Part shown: in pieces, positions 10,864 to 24,746 of the stretch
Layout: the number at the start of each line of letters is the position of its first letter
Numbering within the stretch: the first letter of the stretch is position 1
Source: Euprymna scolopes
Taxonomy: Eukaryota
Length of the DNA stretch: 64,000 nucleotides
Assembly: GCA_053919585.1 (NCBI GenBank)
Contig: CM132791.1
Reading direction: 5' to 3' (one strand)
The notes under the pieces: generated by a model
Database searches by the model: none
The model's input: the letters and a program-made list of their open reading frames with translations, nothing else
Told to the model about the DNA's origin: nothing
Made by a program: the position numbers and the translations under genes

Positions 10864-12658
10864 AAAGATTCTAAATGAGGTAAAAAGGAAGATAAAGAAT
10901 TTAGCCATGGCATGGATCGACTACAAAAATTGTACGACAGGATCCCCCAAGCATGGATAATAGAATGCCTAAAAATGTATAAAATACCAAGCGGCATCAC
11001 AAATGTAATAGAAAATGCAATGAAAACATGGAGACTGGAATTGACAGATGATGGACAACACATAACAGAAATTAACATACAAAGAGGTATCTTCCGAGGA
11101 GACACGCTATCACCACTACTGTTCATCATAGCCATGAGGCCCCTTAATAGTATTCTGAGAAAGTGTTATGCGGGATACAAGTTCTCCAATACAGAGGAAA
11201 AATGAACCACCTGATGTACATGGACGATCTGAAACTTTTTGCAAGGATTGAAAAGGAGCTAGAGACACTAATTAACACTACCAGGAATTTGGAATGGAAA
11301 GTGCGCACAACTAGTTATAAGGAATTTGGAATGGAAAAGTGCGCACAACTAGTTATAAGAAAGGAAAAACTAGAAACGACAGAAGGCATGGAACTACCCA
11401 ACCAAACAGAAATGAGGGCACTAAGTAAACAAGACGACTATAAATACTTGGGAATTCTGGAAGCGGACACCATCAGAGCAACAGAAATGAAAGAGAAAGT
11501 TGGAAAGGAATACATCAGGAGAACAAGAAAACTCATGGAAACAAAATTATATAGCAGAAACCTAATAAAATTTATTAATACATGGGCAGTATCACTAGTA
11601 AGATACTCTGAACCGTTTATAGGGTGGACAAAAGAAAAACTGAGACAACTCGACCAGAAAACTAGGAAACTCATGACTATGCATAATGCACTACACCCAA
11701 AGGACGATATTGACAGGCTCTACGTGAAAAGGAATGGCGGCGAGAGAGGACTGATCTGTATAGAAGACTGTGTGAAGGACAGGAAAAAAGTACTAGAAAA
11801 ATACAGAATGCAAAACACGGAAAGGATAATTATGGCAGCGAGAGACACTGAAAAAAACAACAAAACAGAAAACAGAGAGACAAATAACAAAACAATAAAA
11901 GAGAAGTGGGGAGAGAAACAACTCCACGGAAGATTCATAAGAATGACAAAAGATGAGAATAACGAAAACACGTGGACATGGATGCGAAAATGACATATAA
12001 ACCGAGAAATTGAATCTCTAATAACTGCAGCACAAGATAACTCGATAAGAACCAACCATATCAAAGCAAGGATCGATAAAACACAAGAAAACAGCAAATG
12101 CAGACTCTGTGGACAAAGAGACGAAACGATAAACCATATAGTAAGCGAATGCAGCAAACTGACCCAAAAGGAATACAAAAACAGGTATGACCAAGTGGGG
12201 AGGGCGGTGCACTGAAAATTGTGCAAATGACTGCATTTTAAGCGTACAGACAAATGATAAAAGCATAAACCCGCAACAGCACTCGAAAACGAGAACCACA
12301 AAATCCTATGGGACATGAACATACAGACGGGCAAACCCATCTAAACAAGAAGACCAGATGTCGTAAAAAATCCTGGCAAATTGTAGACTTTTCTGTCCCA
12401 GCTGACCACAGGCTGGGTATGAAAGAAAAGGAGAAACGAAGCAAATACACAGAGCTAGCCAGAGAGTTAAAAGGGATTTGGATGATGAAGAAAATCAAAA
12501 TAGTACCGATAATAGTAGGAGCACTAAGAACAATTCCGAAAAACTTCGAAAAAAGAATGTCAGAAATTGGAATCAGAGGAATAACTGCAAAAGTGCAACG
12601 ACTAATGATAATGAAAACGACTGAAATATTAAGGAAAACCCTTGAATGCGGAGAATAA
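9390..12658 (+). pseudogene. Disrupted RT-zinc knuckle-RLE ORF of the R4/Dong element
   Basis: ORF pieces 9807-10244, 10912-11205, 11163-11993 and 12308-12658, broken by stops, frameshifts and a (TA)n insertion at 10809-10860. Confidence 0.9.
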
Positions 12659-13614
12659 TACAAGAAGACAATATAACGAATAAGCGTTATAGGGAATGAA
12701 GGACACCGAAACTGCATATCTACAAGTTCTACACCCCCATCATGCATCCTCCCCATATTTTCACCACCGCTCCTCCCAATAAAAAAGACACACCAAAGAG
12801 CTGAGAAGAAGGACTGAAAGACCGAGAAGAGAGCCCCAGCCAGACCTCGGTTGGATAAGCGCATAGAGAACTGGGACTTTGGAGAGACTTAGTTCCACTC
12901 AAATTCCAGTATAAACCAATGGCCACTGCCAGTGAGAAATCAATGGTAAGAGACTGTTGCGATGATGCAAATTCATTTGCAAATGCTATCGAAGGAGGTG
13001 GAGAGAACTGGACGTCTGGGGAGACTTGTTGTCACTCAGCCTCCAGAGAACACCACAGGTTTCCAATCAGATCGTTTCCTGACTTGTGTGAAAGCTCCAT
13101 GTGAGCCAATAATAATAATACATACATACATACGCAATCTGCATAAATTAAAATAGCATATTAAACGTATTGTACGACCAGGCAACGCCGAGCTGCCAGC
13201 TAGTAATTGATAAATGACAATCTTCCCTTGTTTTCAATTAAAGAAAACAAAAAAGAACCAATTACACAAACGGCAGCAGCGTTTGTTATTTAAAAGCTAA
13301 AATATTTTTGAATACTTGGCAAGGAATCACAAAAGTATGAAATGATCTCATTTACAAAATGAATTACAAATAATTTATCGGTTATTCGTGTTGTTTTTGA
13401 AATACAATAGTGGAAAATCTGAATTTCAAGCTGTCTCTTATTGATAATTTTACCATTGTTTGTAGATGACAATAGAATTATTTGGAAACTAAGAACTGAT
13501 CATCTTAAGATGCGTCTATTTAAAATGTGCGACCAACGCTTAAAGTGGTATCTTATAAAATTGACAGACGGAAACGAGTATAACATAAATATTAAATATA
13601 AACTGCATTAAATA

Positions 13615-14240
13615 CAGCGTGGCCCACTTAAAAGTAGCTCCCCAAAAAGGGTAGTAGAGAGGAGGAACATTCTTTTATTGTTTTCATTATCTGTAGCATT
13701 GTTTACATTACCTGAAGAAAAGATGCTGAAAGTGCTCCCCGTTGACATCTATTCATTTCTGGGCACGTTTAACAACGTTTGCAGATACTGCCTGTAGATC
13801 TTTTCTGGTGATTCTCCTGATAGCGTTGGTAATTTTCTCCTTTAGTTGCTCTAGATTGTGAGGATTATTAGCATTAATTTTTGTTTTAAAGTCCTTCAAA
13901 AATTTTTTTTAAAACATGATGACGCTTCCGGGGAACGTGGTGGCTATAACCGTTTGTTTATTCTTCCGTAAACATGTCATGAGCTCGTGTCACCCATCTA
14001 TGAGGTGTGTTGCATGTAGCGCCATCTTGTTGGAGAAAAGAACTACATTTAGTCGTGTGGTGTCAGTTGGTGTTAAGAGAAATATTATGGAGATCGGCTA
14101 CTTTTCAATATGTTTAATATGCCTCATAGCAAATAAAATACATAGAACATGAGTCTTCATACTTAAATATGACAAATAGTTAGTATTTTATTTGGCTATA
14201 AATTAGATGGAGAATTAAGAGAGGACGAGATATTCTTACA
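13615..14240 (-). mobile_element. Tc1/mariner transposase remnant with one TIR
   Basis: Minus strand FLQQDGATC (~14010-14040) and NPHNLEQLKEKITNAIRRI...VNGEHFQHL; TA|CAGCGTGGCCCAC terminus at 13615. Confidence 0.85.
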
Positions 14241-14927
14241 TTTACCCATCAACGAACTTCTATACAGATGTGTTCGATGGCACTTTCAATCGTAAATTGA
14301 TCTCTAATTTGACAATGTATACGCTCCTTCTGGTATCGTGTTTTTAGCTGGTTTCCTTGTTATATATCGCCACGTTTCTAGTTGATTTAACGTTTCCCTC
14401 TTAACTTTAAACAGATGTGTTCGATAATACTTCCAATCGTAAATTGATCTCTAATTTAACAATCCTACTAAACAGAAAATTATCATAATTCAAAGCTAGT
14501 TAACTTATCAGATGTTCAGAATATTACACAACTATATATTCGAGAGAAACGAAGGCCAGACTCGATCATCAAGCACGTGAAGTGGACATAAGCGTTTGTA
14601 AAACCGAGTTTCTAAGACCACTGAATTTGTACTTCCACCTACCTATAATTACGTTATCACTTTGCTTTCTCTTGGTTTTCATTCATTTATCTGGATTAAC
14701 AGATCCAATATTTCGATATTGAAAAGCACTGATAAATTAAAAATACAAGTGATTAATTTTAAAACCAAATTTGATGCCTAAACATTTATTTTCATTTATT
14801 TCAACATGAAGAAGTAGAAAAGTGATATTAAAGTAGAAAAACTATTATGATGAAAGCTTTTTAGATTAAAGTCTATCCAAACTTTGCCTCTAAGAAATAT
14901 TATATGTAGCTCTACTAGAAAGACTGG

Positions 14928-15033
14928 TTATTTTTAGCTCTACTAGAAAGACTGGTTATTTTAGCTCTACTAGAAAGACTGGTTATTTTTAGCTCTACTA
15001 GAAAGACTGGTTATTTTTAGCTCTACTAGAAAG
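14928..15033. repeat. ~4 x 27-28-bp tandem repeat
   Basis: agctctactagaaagactggttattttt repeated almost perfectly. Confidence 0.95.
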
Positions 15034-15887
15034 ATGGGTGAAAATGATGCAATTCTAATTGAATGACCGCCACCTTCGTCGCCCAACACACATTGTGAAA
15101 TAAAGTTTGTGTCATTTATTTTATAAACACGACATATTTCGGACGCGTGTTTGGTTTCATTAAAGTTCAGTAGAAATAAAGGCGATTGATAAAGTCAACT
15201 ATTAGAAAGTACATTTTAAACATTACTTACATCGTGTATTTAATAGTACATCATGTTATATAGTCGGTTAACAGGTGTCTAATGTTTTCTAATATCTATA
15301 TAACTTCTGGTTGCACTTTTGTCAAATACGTGTGAAATCATATACACGCTGTTTGTTCAATATGACAGCAAACGAACGATTAATATAAACAAGTAAGATT
15401 TATTTACAACATTGACGGACAGCAGTAAAGTGGTGAGTGATTTGCATGGAGGAGTGTAGTACACGTGGGGTGGTACAGAAATGTCTTCACTTCTCGATTC
15501 GCTGTCAATTCTCTCTGTCTTTCTTTATCTTCGTTGTTACCTTTTTTTTTCAATTTACATTTCATGAATCGGAATTTAATAGATCTATTGCTTTATATTT
15601 TACACAATTCTAATCCAGGTTTAAATGTACGAAGTCCGATTATTTCCGTTTTTAGGTCATTTTCCGTGACCATAACTTTCGATCAGAATGTAGGTTGACG
15701 TCATCGCTCAGCTATCGCCCGGTCCTATTGGATTGTGTGTGTGCACCTACATTCGATAGTGTTCACCTATCCAACACCCAAAACATCGCTAGTTATTGCG
15801 TGGGGTTGTGCATTACTCATTAGTACTATTTGATGCATGTTTATCTGGTAGGAAAAAGAAATAGTGGACCTTTTCTGTTATTTCTCA

Positions 15888-16347
15888 CTAGCCTAGGGCC
15901 CGGCACTGTCCGGGGGTTTTGTAGGTATTTGTTGAGCAAAAAATAAATAAATAAAAGTGGTAGTAAGCAGGCAGGCAGACTCGAACCCGTACTGCGAAGG
16001 GGAAAAAGAACGTAAAAAAACGTGACGTATTTGCTGTTGCACTCATCGCCAAACCGGAAGTGACAAATGTTTAAATCAAGGCCAGTCAATTGAAAAGAGG
16101 GGTTGACTTTCGAAAACATCGGCGAATAAAGCGACCTCTTCCCTGTAGAGTTGAGAGTGAAGGAATTAATAGTTCTAGCTAATTTTTCGATTTTTTTTTT
16201 CGTCCGAAGAGCCGGCTTCAAAAAGATATCGATCTCGTGAAAATCCATCACCTTTGTTGAAAGTTTTAGGCAGACAGACATACATATGTACATACATACA
16301 TGCATGCATACATTTAAACAGGCAGGTGAGATTTATATTATAGAAGA
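15888..16347 (-). mobile_element. Non-autonomous Helitron
   Basis: Minus strand: A|TCTTCTATAATATAAA...(GTAT)n/(GTCT)n at the 5' end; CCCGG-acagtg-CCGGG hairpin then CTAG|T at the 3' end. Confidence 0.75.
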
Positions 16348-16424
16348 TGACGTCATACTTGCTGAAGATATTTTGTGTTCTGGCGGTCACGGAATATATA
16401 ACACATTTCGTTTCATTTCATACT

Positions 16425-16489
<65 letters not shown>

Positions 16490-17479
16490 CTTTTAAATAA
16501 TACAAGAACAGGTCATAAAATACTTGGAATTAATATAAACCGCGCTGTTATTGACCAAACTGTAAAAAAAAAATTTTTCAGATGTATTTTCGTGCTTTGA
16601 TAGCTTTTTTATTTATCATATTTATCTATTATTCTGCTTCTTTGTTATATTTTTTTCTGTTTGCTGGGGTTTTTTTTGCGAATGTCTTTCTTCTTTCTTT
16701 TACTTTTTGATTGATAACGGTTTCGCGCCATCAAACACGTTTTGGCGCGAACTAATAAAGCTAAGTTGGTTCAATTGATGCAAAACTAAAATGCTCAACA
16801 CATTTCCAACATGTTTTATAGCCATCACTTTCCAGTTGTATTTCCCTCAAGCTTATTTTTCATGTCGATCCGCTTGTAACCTTTCGGGAACGAATGTGTG
16901 AATGAGCTGCTGATCAGAAGACAGCATTAACGCCTCGGCGATTTTTACATACCGAGTTGTCGATACGAAAGAAATAAAAACGTGCAAACTAAAAAGCTTC
17001 ATAAAGAAAACGTAGAACTTGTATGTTTGTTATATAGAAAGAATACAAAGTGATTATGTTTTGGTTCATTAGATGTTCGTAATTAGAATTTCTGAATGGC
17101 TGTTCTATCTCTTAGATTAATTCCGAACGTTTGTTGAAGTGTCAGTTCTACCAGTATGTTTATATAAATTTGATATTTTTCGCATTATTTGTATTATGCA
17201 AACTACTGTTCTCATCTTGGGTGATATTCTCAAAACGTTTCAGCCGATGTAGTGCCCGTTCCCTTTCTGGCCGAACACGGGAATTTGAAAATAATATCAA
17301 ATGAAGCTCTTTGTTTAATCCGTTAAGCGTTAAGTGATAATTAGCTCCAACTGATAGTTTTCGAAAGGTTGAAGGCTCAATCCCCAGTAAGGGGGTTATT
17401 AAGAATAAAATTACGGATGTTACCTTGCCATGGCTAACTAAACAAGAGATAGCTAGCATCATGGATTACATAAAGTGTT

Positions 17480-17880
17480 CCATTGGAATTTTTATACAAA
17501 TTTTTGAGTTTGACATAAAGATTCCCCAGATCGATAAGACACCCGTATAGAAGGTCGGAGGGCACATCTGCTTAACCGTTTTGAGAACAATTTCCGAGAT
17601 CATCACAGATCGGAATTATTTAAATAAAACAATTTTCAAACGCCATCACAGAAATACTGGGACAAGGCCCGCTTCCGTTTATCCGTATCAGGTGAAATTG
17701 GAGTCTGATGTCTATCGTATAGATCATCCGCTTTTTAAATCAGCCGATTTTCATTGCAATCGATTCTCCCTTGATCACTTAACATTCGAAGCAGTCAATT
17801 CTGATGGAAAGTCATTCAATATTTCCATATTCAATATATTCTGTATCCACTGGGTTAGATCGTTGTTTTATTTGCAATTC
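17480..17880 (-). mobile_element. Highly decayed RTE-like RT C-terminal remnant
   Basis: Minus strand VPSDLLYGC resembles the RTE VLPTLLYGCETW motif; little else is recognisable. Confidence 0.3.
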
Positions 17881-17957
17881 TAGAAAATAGAAAACAGTAA
17901 AAACAGAAGTTGACTTTGTTTCAAGTTCTGAATTTTTTGGATGAGAGTTGATTGCTT

Positions 17958-18159
17958 CATATGTTCTCAACCAGGGTCCATGTGGACCCCATGGTACATG
18001 TAACGTTAATTTCGGTTCAATCTTCCTTCAAGATAAACTGTTGATATATGTTCTTTGGTTTTCTTGACATTACTGAAAAATAAAATAAGCTATAAGGGTT
18101 CACCAAAATACATTAAAAAGAAAAGAAAGGCATGATTAAAAAAAGGTTGAGAACCATTG
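17958..18159. mobile_element. hAT (Charlie-like) MITE
   Basis: Termini catatGTTCTCAACC ... GGTTGAGAACcattg; no TSD retained. Confidence 0.6.
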
Positions 18160-18162
18160 GTT

Positions 18163-18255
18163 TATATTAATGTATTGATCGGACAAATGTTCTTATCTTA
18201 AGTGTGATCTGTGCAACGTTTCTGGCGGTTTGTCCTTCAACCGTCCTCTGGTATG
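18163..18255 (-). mobile_element. PLE tail fragment with a decayed hammerhead
   Basis: Minus strand CaGAGGA-cggttg..ccgcca-GAAACGTT-gcac followed by aagataagaacatttgtccga, as in the other HHR tails. Confidence 0.6.
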
Positions 18256-18264
18256 TTGGTTGGC

Positions 18265-20390
18265 TTTTTTTTATTACATAGGTATCACCATTTCTCAAGA
18301 TACAAAGGCCACTCGAAGATAAGTGTTAAAGAGTGTACATTAGTCAATTGGACAATATAGTAATCGTTAGTAATGGAAATTCAGTAAATTTGTTAACTTA
18401 AGAGGAACTGCTCGTCAAGTACTTGTTTACGTTGAACTTGAAGACAACCACATTCTAGTCAGCTGGAAAGCAGGCGAACGGAAGACAGTTCCACGTGCGT
18501 GCAGTTCTAAGAAATACGTTAAGGTTAAGGCACAGATAAAGAGTAGGGGAAATTATCGATAGGGTTTCTCGTGAAAGTTTGGCGAGGAGGAACCATAGAT
18601 TGGAGCTCAGACGAGCACTTGCCGTGAAAATAGCGATAAAGCAGGGACAGATTCGCAACATTTCTTCTGTGAGAAAGAGGTTGCAGTGAAGAGAAAAGGA
18701 CATTCTCTACTAGGCTACGAAGTCTATTTTAAACTCTATCAAGGCAGGATAAGTCCTTTCTGGCAGCTCCTGCCCAGATGTGAAAACAGTACTCCACTCT
18801 TTGACGTTGCTGGCTCTTATACAGGTAGAGAATTGCATCAGCAGTGAGATATCTACTGAATGAATAGATCCCACCATTTTTTCCAGCGACGTTTGCAACG
18901 ATTTGATGTATGTGTTCTATTTCAGATCAAGAGTAAAGGTCAAGCCCAGAAGCTTTCAAAAACAAAAAGCCTCCCCAAGACGAGAGCCATTCATTTCAAT
19001 TGACGCCAGATGGGGATCAGAGCGTTGATGATGTAAAGATAGAAGCTTGGTTTTAAATGCATTACAAGCAACTAGTCACTCATTTTTCATTGTACCACAT
19101 GCTCAAGATCAGAGGAGAGAGAATTCGAGAGAACTTGGTCGTTTACGGTCTTAGATGTGCTACCATAGATGGTATTGTCATCAGCATAAATGTCTACGAC
19201 TGATGTAAGGATGTGATTTGAAAAATCATTAATGTAGATCAGGAAGAGAGTTTGACCCAGGATGGGCCCCTTAAGAGACTCCAGCATTAATACTGTGAGC
19301 TTCTAATTTCTGCCCATCAACCACTTCACTTATGAAGCTATCAGAGAGAAATGATTTAATAATTGAGAAGACATTTTCAGCTATACCGTAGCTGGATATC
19401 TTGTGAAATAAACCTTTATTCCACACTTTATCAAAGGAAATTGCCCTAGAAAGGAGGTCTCTGTCGAGAGATATGCTAATACTCTGAGATGTAAGCACAT
19501 CTGCACTAGATCTAGCAGAACGGAAACCATATTGCACGTCACTAAGAAGGTTATTTTTGCTGAGATGGTTGACTACTTCTCTATTTTCATAGACTCCAGC
19601 AACTTACTCATGATGCACAGGAGATGATCAATTACCTGATGATGAGATTTTCCAGATTGTTGGGAAGCAATTTTTCTTAAGACAACGCTGAAACAGCTTT
19701 GTAAGTATGGGCGTTTGTTCTGGTTGAAATTGTTTTTTGCACTACAACTAGAATGCCGTCAGAGCCAGTTGTTTTACTGGAATCAAGGTTCATGATTAGC
19801 TTGGCAACATCACATACAGATATTTGTATGTCACATAGCGTGTTTTCTGTTACAGGAGGAAATATCGGAGGTTGGCGGCCTTGGTTGCAAAGGATAGAAT
19901 TAGTTCTTGGCAAAGAGTTTGGCTTTTTCTGATGATGACGAGAGTACCTCAGGTCAATTGATGATAGTTGGGATAGAGCACACGCTTCTGTTCAGGATTT
20001 TGTTTGCTATTAGCCACATATTGTGGGAGCCAAGCCGCTGCTCAGCTACTTTGGACGACGAACTGAGCATACAATTCTCTCGCGTTCTTTTTTACTTTTT
20101 TATAATGGTTGCTGGCAGTCCTAAAAGCGGCTTTAGTTTCAGTAGTTAAGTTTTAGGTTGGAAGCAATGCAAAAAGTTATTTTTGTGCGCAATGGTAGCA
20201 GCACATTCTGGAGAGAACCACGACTAGCTGTTAGGTTTTTGCTGGAACCCTTTCGAGGGTATGAAACGGTCTATACCTACAATTAACCATTCCGTCAGGT
20301 CTGATACTATAGAGGACACATCCTTTTTAAACATGGAACGCAGAGGTAGATCTGATATAAATGTACGGTAGCTATCCCAGTCAGCCATGT
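18265..20390 (-). mobile_element. APE-RT LINE copy, 5'-truncated and degenerate
   Basis: QYGFRSARS, FDKVW, YADD and WNCLP..CFP in the ORF track; shared 3' UTR and A-rich tail at ~18265. Confidence 0.92.
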
Positions 20391-20580
20391 TTAAAAAAGA
20401 ACAGAGAAATGTTACTTGCTCCATAGATATTTTCGTATTCGTAAATCACTCCAGATAAATTATGAAACCACTTATGTAAATTTTACACATGATAGTCAAG
20501 TTTTAAACGGCAGAGGTAATTCTCGAGAAGACAATCAGTTATCTGGGCTTGCGAAGATGACGTTATTCAAAGCCAGACCC

Positions 20581-20618
20581 GGGAAAGTCGGGAAAGTCGG
20601 GAAAGTCGGGAAAGTCGG
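20581..20618. repeat. 4 x 9-bp repeat (gggaaagtc)
   Basis: Perfect tandem repeat. Confidence 0.95.
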
Positions 20619-21289
20619 TCAGAGCAACGGTCCTCGATTGAGATGCGCTGGCAATGACATCAAAGACATTCAAAATGGAGGACACAAAATTTCCGGGATT
20701 TGGCATCAGCTGATACTCGCCGAAATTTCAGACAATAAACAAAAATGTGATGTTATTCGTTTCAAAAAAAAAAGAAAGACAACCAGAAAACTGAGAGGAG
20801 AAGCGACCACAGCAAGAGAGCAGACGCATTATATCTCGGCTATTTTGCACACACACCACCGCCATCCTGTAACTCCTCATTGCTTTCAGTATTGTCACTG
20901 GAGAATATACATTGTTCTAATCATTCTTATAACTTGTTATTAAAAGTCTAAGATACTTTTCTATTTACGTCTGATTGTGGAGGCATGCATAATTGTACGG
21001 ATCCAAACAAACCACGACTAGCGATCCGGCTGGTCTTTTGAAAAGAAAACATAAGGGCTAAAGAATGCTACTTCAAAATCCAACAATAAATGTTAGATAA
21101 AAGAGACTCTGCGATAGAAAACAGAAAGCCTTCTCATTTTGTCAGAAACATCGCTATGGAATGTAAGGAGTAATGGACAAATTAGGGGAAAGAGAGAGTA
21201 ATGAGTCTCCCAAAAGTAAACCCCGGTTTCACTTTCTATTAATATATTCCTATTCGGAAATTATATTATTATTGGCTTATATTTTTGCA

Positions 21290-22230
21290 CGTATGATCTG
21301 TTTCCTTATTAGAAAATTCTTGATGTAAAAATGCTTGAATTTTATATTGGTAATTTGAAAGAGATTAATTTTTGTACTTGTGTTCGTGAGTTTCAGAGCT
21401 GGAGACAATGTAAAGAATGGAATCCAGCAGATTATTAGAAAAAATAAGTTGCCTTATCATGAGTCACGTCAGATTAGAAAATTCAGAATGTCTAGCTGCA
21501 GATCATTGAATATTTTGAAGACTTAGAGATCGAAAATTACAAAGGTAATGGCAGAAATAGAAACCCCTAAAATTGGAGTGGTTAGATCCAGACAAAGCAA
21601 TGGTCATACAAAAACATGTCCGACTGGTGACGATGAATAAAGTCCTTGGGAAGACCGTTCGCAATTCTGATAAAAAAAACCGTAAAGGCCAACGATACAC
21701 TGCCAAAGACAAGGATACCGACCTTACAAAGGCTAAGAAACTGTTTACAAGATTACACACGGATTGTTAAGCACTGGATTCTCTGTTTCTTTCACACAAA
21801 ACGCAGCAAAACAGATGACTAACCAACTGTCACTCGACATTTCGCTCGGCATAAAGGCCACATTCCCCGATATTGTAATACTTTTTGAACGGGTCTGCAT
21901 TATGCCCCACATCTAAGAATATAGAATGACTATCCGCTGTTGCTAAATGCAGATTTGAATTGGTGGCAACAAGGAGGCTAAACGTGCTGAAATAGTACTC
22001 ATATTTCCATGTCTAAAAACATGCATGACTTCACTAGTTCCGATATCTGGTCATAACTTGACTGATTGAAACTTCACGGCCTATTGTTGATAAATAACCA
22101 TATTGTACCAATTGGGGCACTATGGATAAGTCAATTGACAGGATTAACCAGGTTTCTCTACCGCCTAAAGACCGTAATTAAGAAAAAGATGTCGTCTATA
22201 GGTAAACTGCATTTTGCAAAAAAATGTTCT
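21290..22230 (+). mobile_element. Possible decayed THAP plus P-element transposase N-terminal remnant
   Basis: Fragments in the expected order: LFP..., LCS..F...RKNKLP (THAP-like), KNRKGQRYT (KGRRYS-like), AKRAEIVLIF...VP (ANHALVFM..WKQP-like); several frameshifts must be assumed. Confidence 0.35.
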
Positions 22231-22507
22231 AACGTTTTAACTTTGTGAATTGTGTAAGATATGATGATTTTCTTTTCTGAAAAGTCCTAGATTTCTCTAC
22301 ACTTGTTAGGTATTTCAGAAATGTAGCTTGCTTATTATTATTATTATTATTATTATTATATCTATATTGAAAGTTCAACGTATATCGATTGTTAATATAT
22401 AAAATAAGGGTTAATCTACGAACTATGTTTATGAATAATCGGATAACATATCTACACCTGCTCTCATGAAAATTATGCTTAAAACGATGTAATAGAAAAA
22501 CTACCAT

Positions 22508-24746
22508 TGATATGTCGTGTATAACACTAAGCAGGCGTTCAACAACCGCCTGTTCTAGTTGGTATCGGTTTATAAATATGAGTTATCTGCTCATATGTAA
22601 ATTATACTTAATTTGCATATCACTACATCTCCCTATAACGGAGGGGCTTTATGCCGCGAGTATTTCTTCTCGTACCCTCCCGAACATCTTCCTTTTCCTT
22701 GGAGATTTGGATCCATCACGTCTTACCCTATCCTTTCCGCTACCCCGTTACTTTGTGGATGGTAGGGAGGGGTCTTGTAAGGTCTGCATCCTATTTTTCT
22801 TGATCATTCATGGAAATCAGCATCCGCAAATTCTGCCGCGTTATCAGTCACCAGTATTATCGGTATCCCATTTCTAGAAAATATTACTTAATATGTGTTC
22901 TACTTCCACGTGTTAGATAACTAAAATACATAAAAAATAGTTAATATCCGGGTTATTGTAGCCTCAAAGATGTGCATCACTAAACGTTTAAGTAAATTTA
23001 TTTTCCAACTGTTTAAATAAATTATTAATCGAATTAAATCATTTCCACCAGAAAAGGAAATTCTATCGTAATATATATATGCTCACTAGCGTCAGTAGTT
23101 AGAGTTATGTTCTTCTCAGGGTTAAAAATTTGTACTATTGGCTTTTTCGCCAGAATATGTTTTAACTTCTCAAAAGCTTTCTGTTCTAACCAAATGCATT
23201 CCACATTTTTTTTCTTAATTTCGCAACTCGTTATATTTTGATACATATTTTCTATAAAAATTAACTAAATTTAAGAAACACTCCAACTCTTTTATTTTTT
23301 TCGAATTTTCTCTATTAGCGCTTCATCTGGAGAGATCTCTTCATTTGATATTGGGTAACCCCAAAATGATATTTCATTACTGTTGGTTACACACTTTTTT
23401 GTTTTTACTGTCATGTCAGCGTCTGTAAGCCGGTCCAGTATATTTTCAGTTTTTTCTTTAAATCATCTTCATTAAAATCTCCAACACATATATCGTCTTG
23501 ATAGCAGATGGTATTTTCAACATTTCCTATTACTTTTTCAATAGCTTTTTGAAAAATTGCACTTGCCGTTTTTATGCCATACGGCATCCTTTTCCACCTT
23601 AACAGGTCTATAAGTGTATTTATCGTCGTCACTTCTTTAAAATTTTCATCTATGGGAATTTGGTGGTATGCTAATTTATGATTATCTTCGAAAATAGTTT
23701 CATTCTGGCAAGTTTATGCAAAGCTACTTCTATAATACATTCGGAATAGGGTACGAGTCGGCGTAAACTTTATGGTCTACCCCTATTTTATAATCTCCAC
23801 AAATTCTCAAGTCACCGTCTTTTTTAATACCACAATGGGTGATGCCATTTACTTCCTCCTGAAAGGGGCATGTTCTAATAACCTTCCTTTATAGACTTTT
23901 GTAACTTAGCTATTACTAACGGTAATAAATTACTGGTACTTTTCTCGGTTCGTAGTAGGAAGGCGAAACATTTTCTTTTAATTTCAGGCTAGCTTCATGA
24001 TTTTTTAATATCTTATTTTAATATTTGTTTTTTTCATCCCCTATTCTTTTCACATTTTTAGTTTTACATACTTCTTTGAATTGATTCTTCTTTTTTAAAA
24101 TACTTTGAACATGTTTTTCCAGACGCTGAGCATTTTACTATTTTCCTTTCATGAATTTTTCCACAGTGAGTACATTTTTTTCTTTTCGTTTCTACCGTAT
24201 ACGTGTCAGCCCTTATTTCTTCGTGGGAATTTTTTTTTATTTTGGTTGTGGGTATGTATTAATTCCTGCTGTTGTATAAATTCTAGTCACATATTCAAGG
24301 GCATGTTTGTAAATTTTAACTGTTCCATTAGCTTATGTCTATGTGCCAAATTATGCATACCTCCAATCAATCATAGTTGAATTAAGTCTTCTGTTGTCTG
24401 TTCTTCTGTTCCTAGTTTTTCAAAGTCACAGTATTTACTCGCACTAATTAACCGGTGTAAATATTTCACTATCGGTGCATCCACTCCCTGCTTCATTGCC
24501 ATAAACTTGGTCCTTTCTACAATCACCAGTCTTTTCTTTGGCCTCATGTTTCCCTTGATAACCTGACGTATTTCTTACGTATTCCGGGTCTTCAAAAACC
24601 AGAGAATATCCTATCGTCGACGCCATTGATATGTCGTGTATAACGCTAAGCAAGCGTTTAACAATCACCTGTTCTAGTTGGCGTCAGTTTATAAATATGA
24701 GCTATCTGCTCATGTGTAAATTATACTTAATTTACATATAACTACA
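22508..24746 (-). mobile_element. Internally deleted Ty3/Gypsy (Mag-like) LTR retrotransposon with intact termini
   Basis: 120-bp TG..CA LTRs (22508-22627 and 24627-24746), TSD ACCAT (22503-07 and 24747-51), PBS TGGCGTCGACGATAGGAT (24608-25), PPT AGGGAGA, RT RMPYGIKTASAIFQ..YQDD, RNase H TTDAS. Confidence 0.95.

Larger units (their letters stand above)
9030..13107 (+). mobile_element. R4/Dong-like RLE non-LTR retrotransposon, near full length, degenerate
   Basis: RT motifs NYRPITCL, GIFRGDTLSPLLF and LMYMDDLK; zinc knuckle CRLC..ETINHIVSEC (~12098-12152); RLE motif IVDFSVP..EKEKRSKY.EL; 3' end abuts (AAT)n at 13108-13120. Confidence 0.92.
6755..13203 (+). mobile_element. Non-autonomous Helitron split by nested insertions (own sequence ~6755-7403 and ~13121-13203)
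   Basis: Both parts align in order to the uninterrupted copy at 26064-26672; the 3' end has a decayed GC hairpin and CTAG|T at 13200-13204. Confidence 0.75.

Noticed and set aside
9204-12864. Hydrophobic minus-strand ORFs (e.g. 11720-12340, 12238-12864)
   Set aside because: Antisense shadows of the A-rich R4 ORF.
16715-16752. Hammerhead at the tcgcgcca/tggcgcga hairpin
   Set aside because: A stem and GAAA are present on the minus strand but there is no CUGANGA box.
20416-20943. 175-aa ORF with GKV repeats
   Set aside because: Non-ATG start, the repeat comes from a 9-bp tandem, and there is no recognisable domain.
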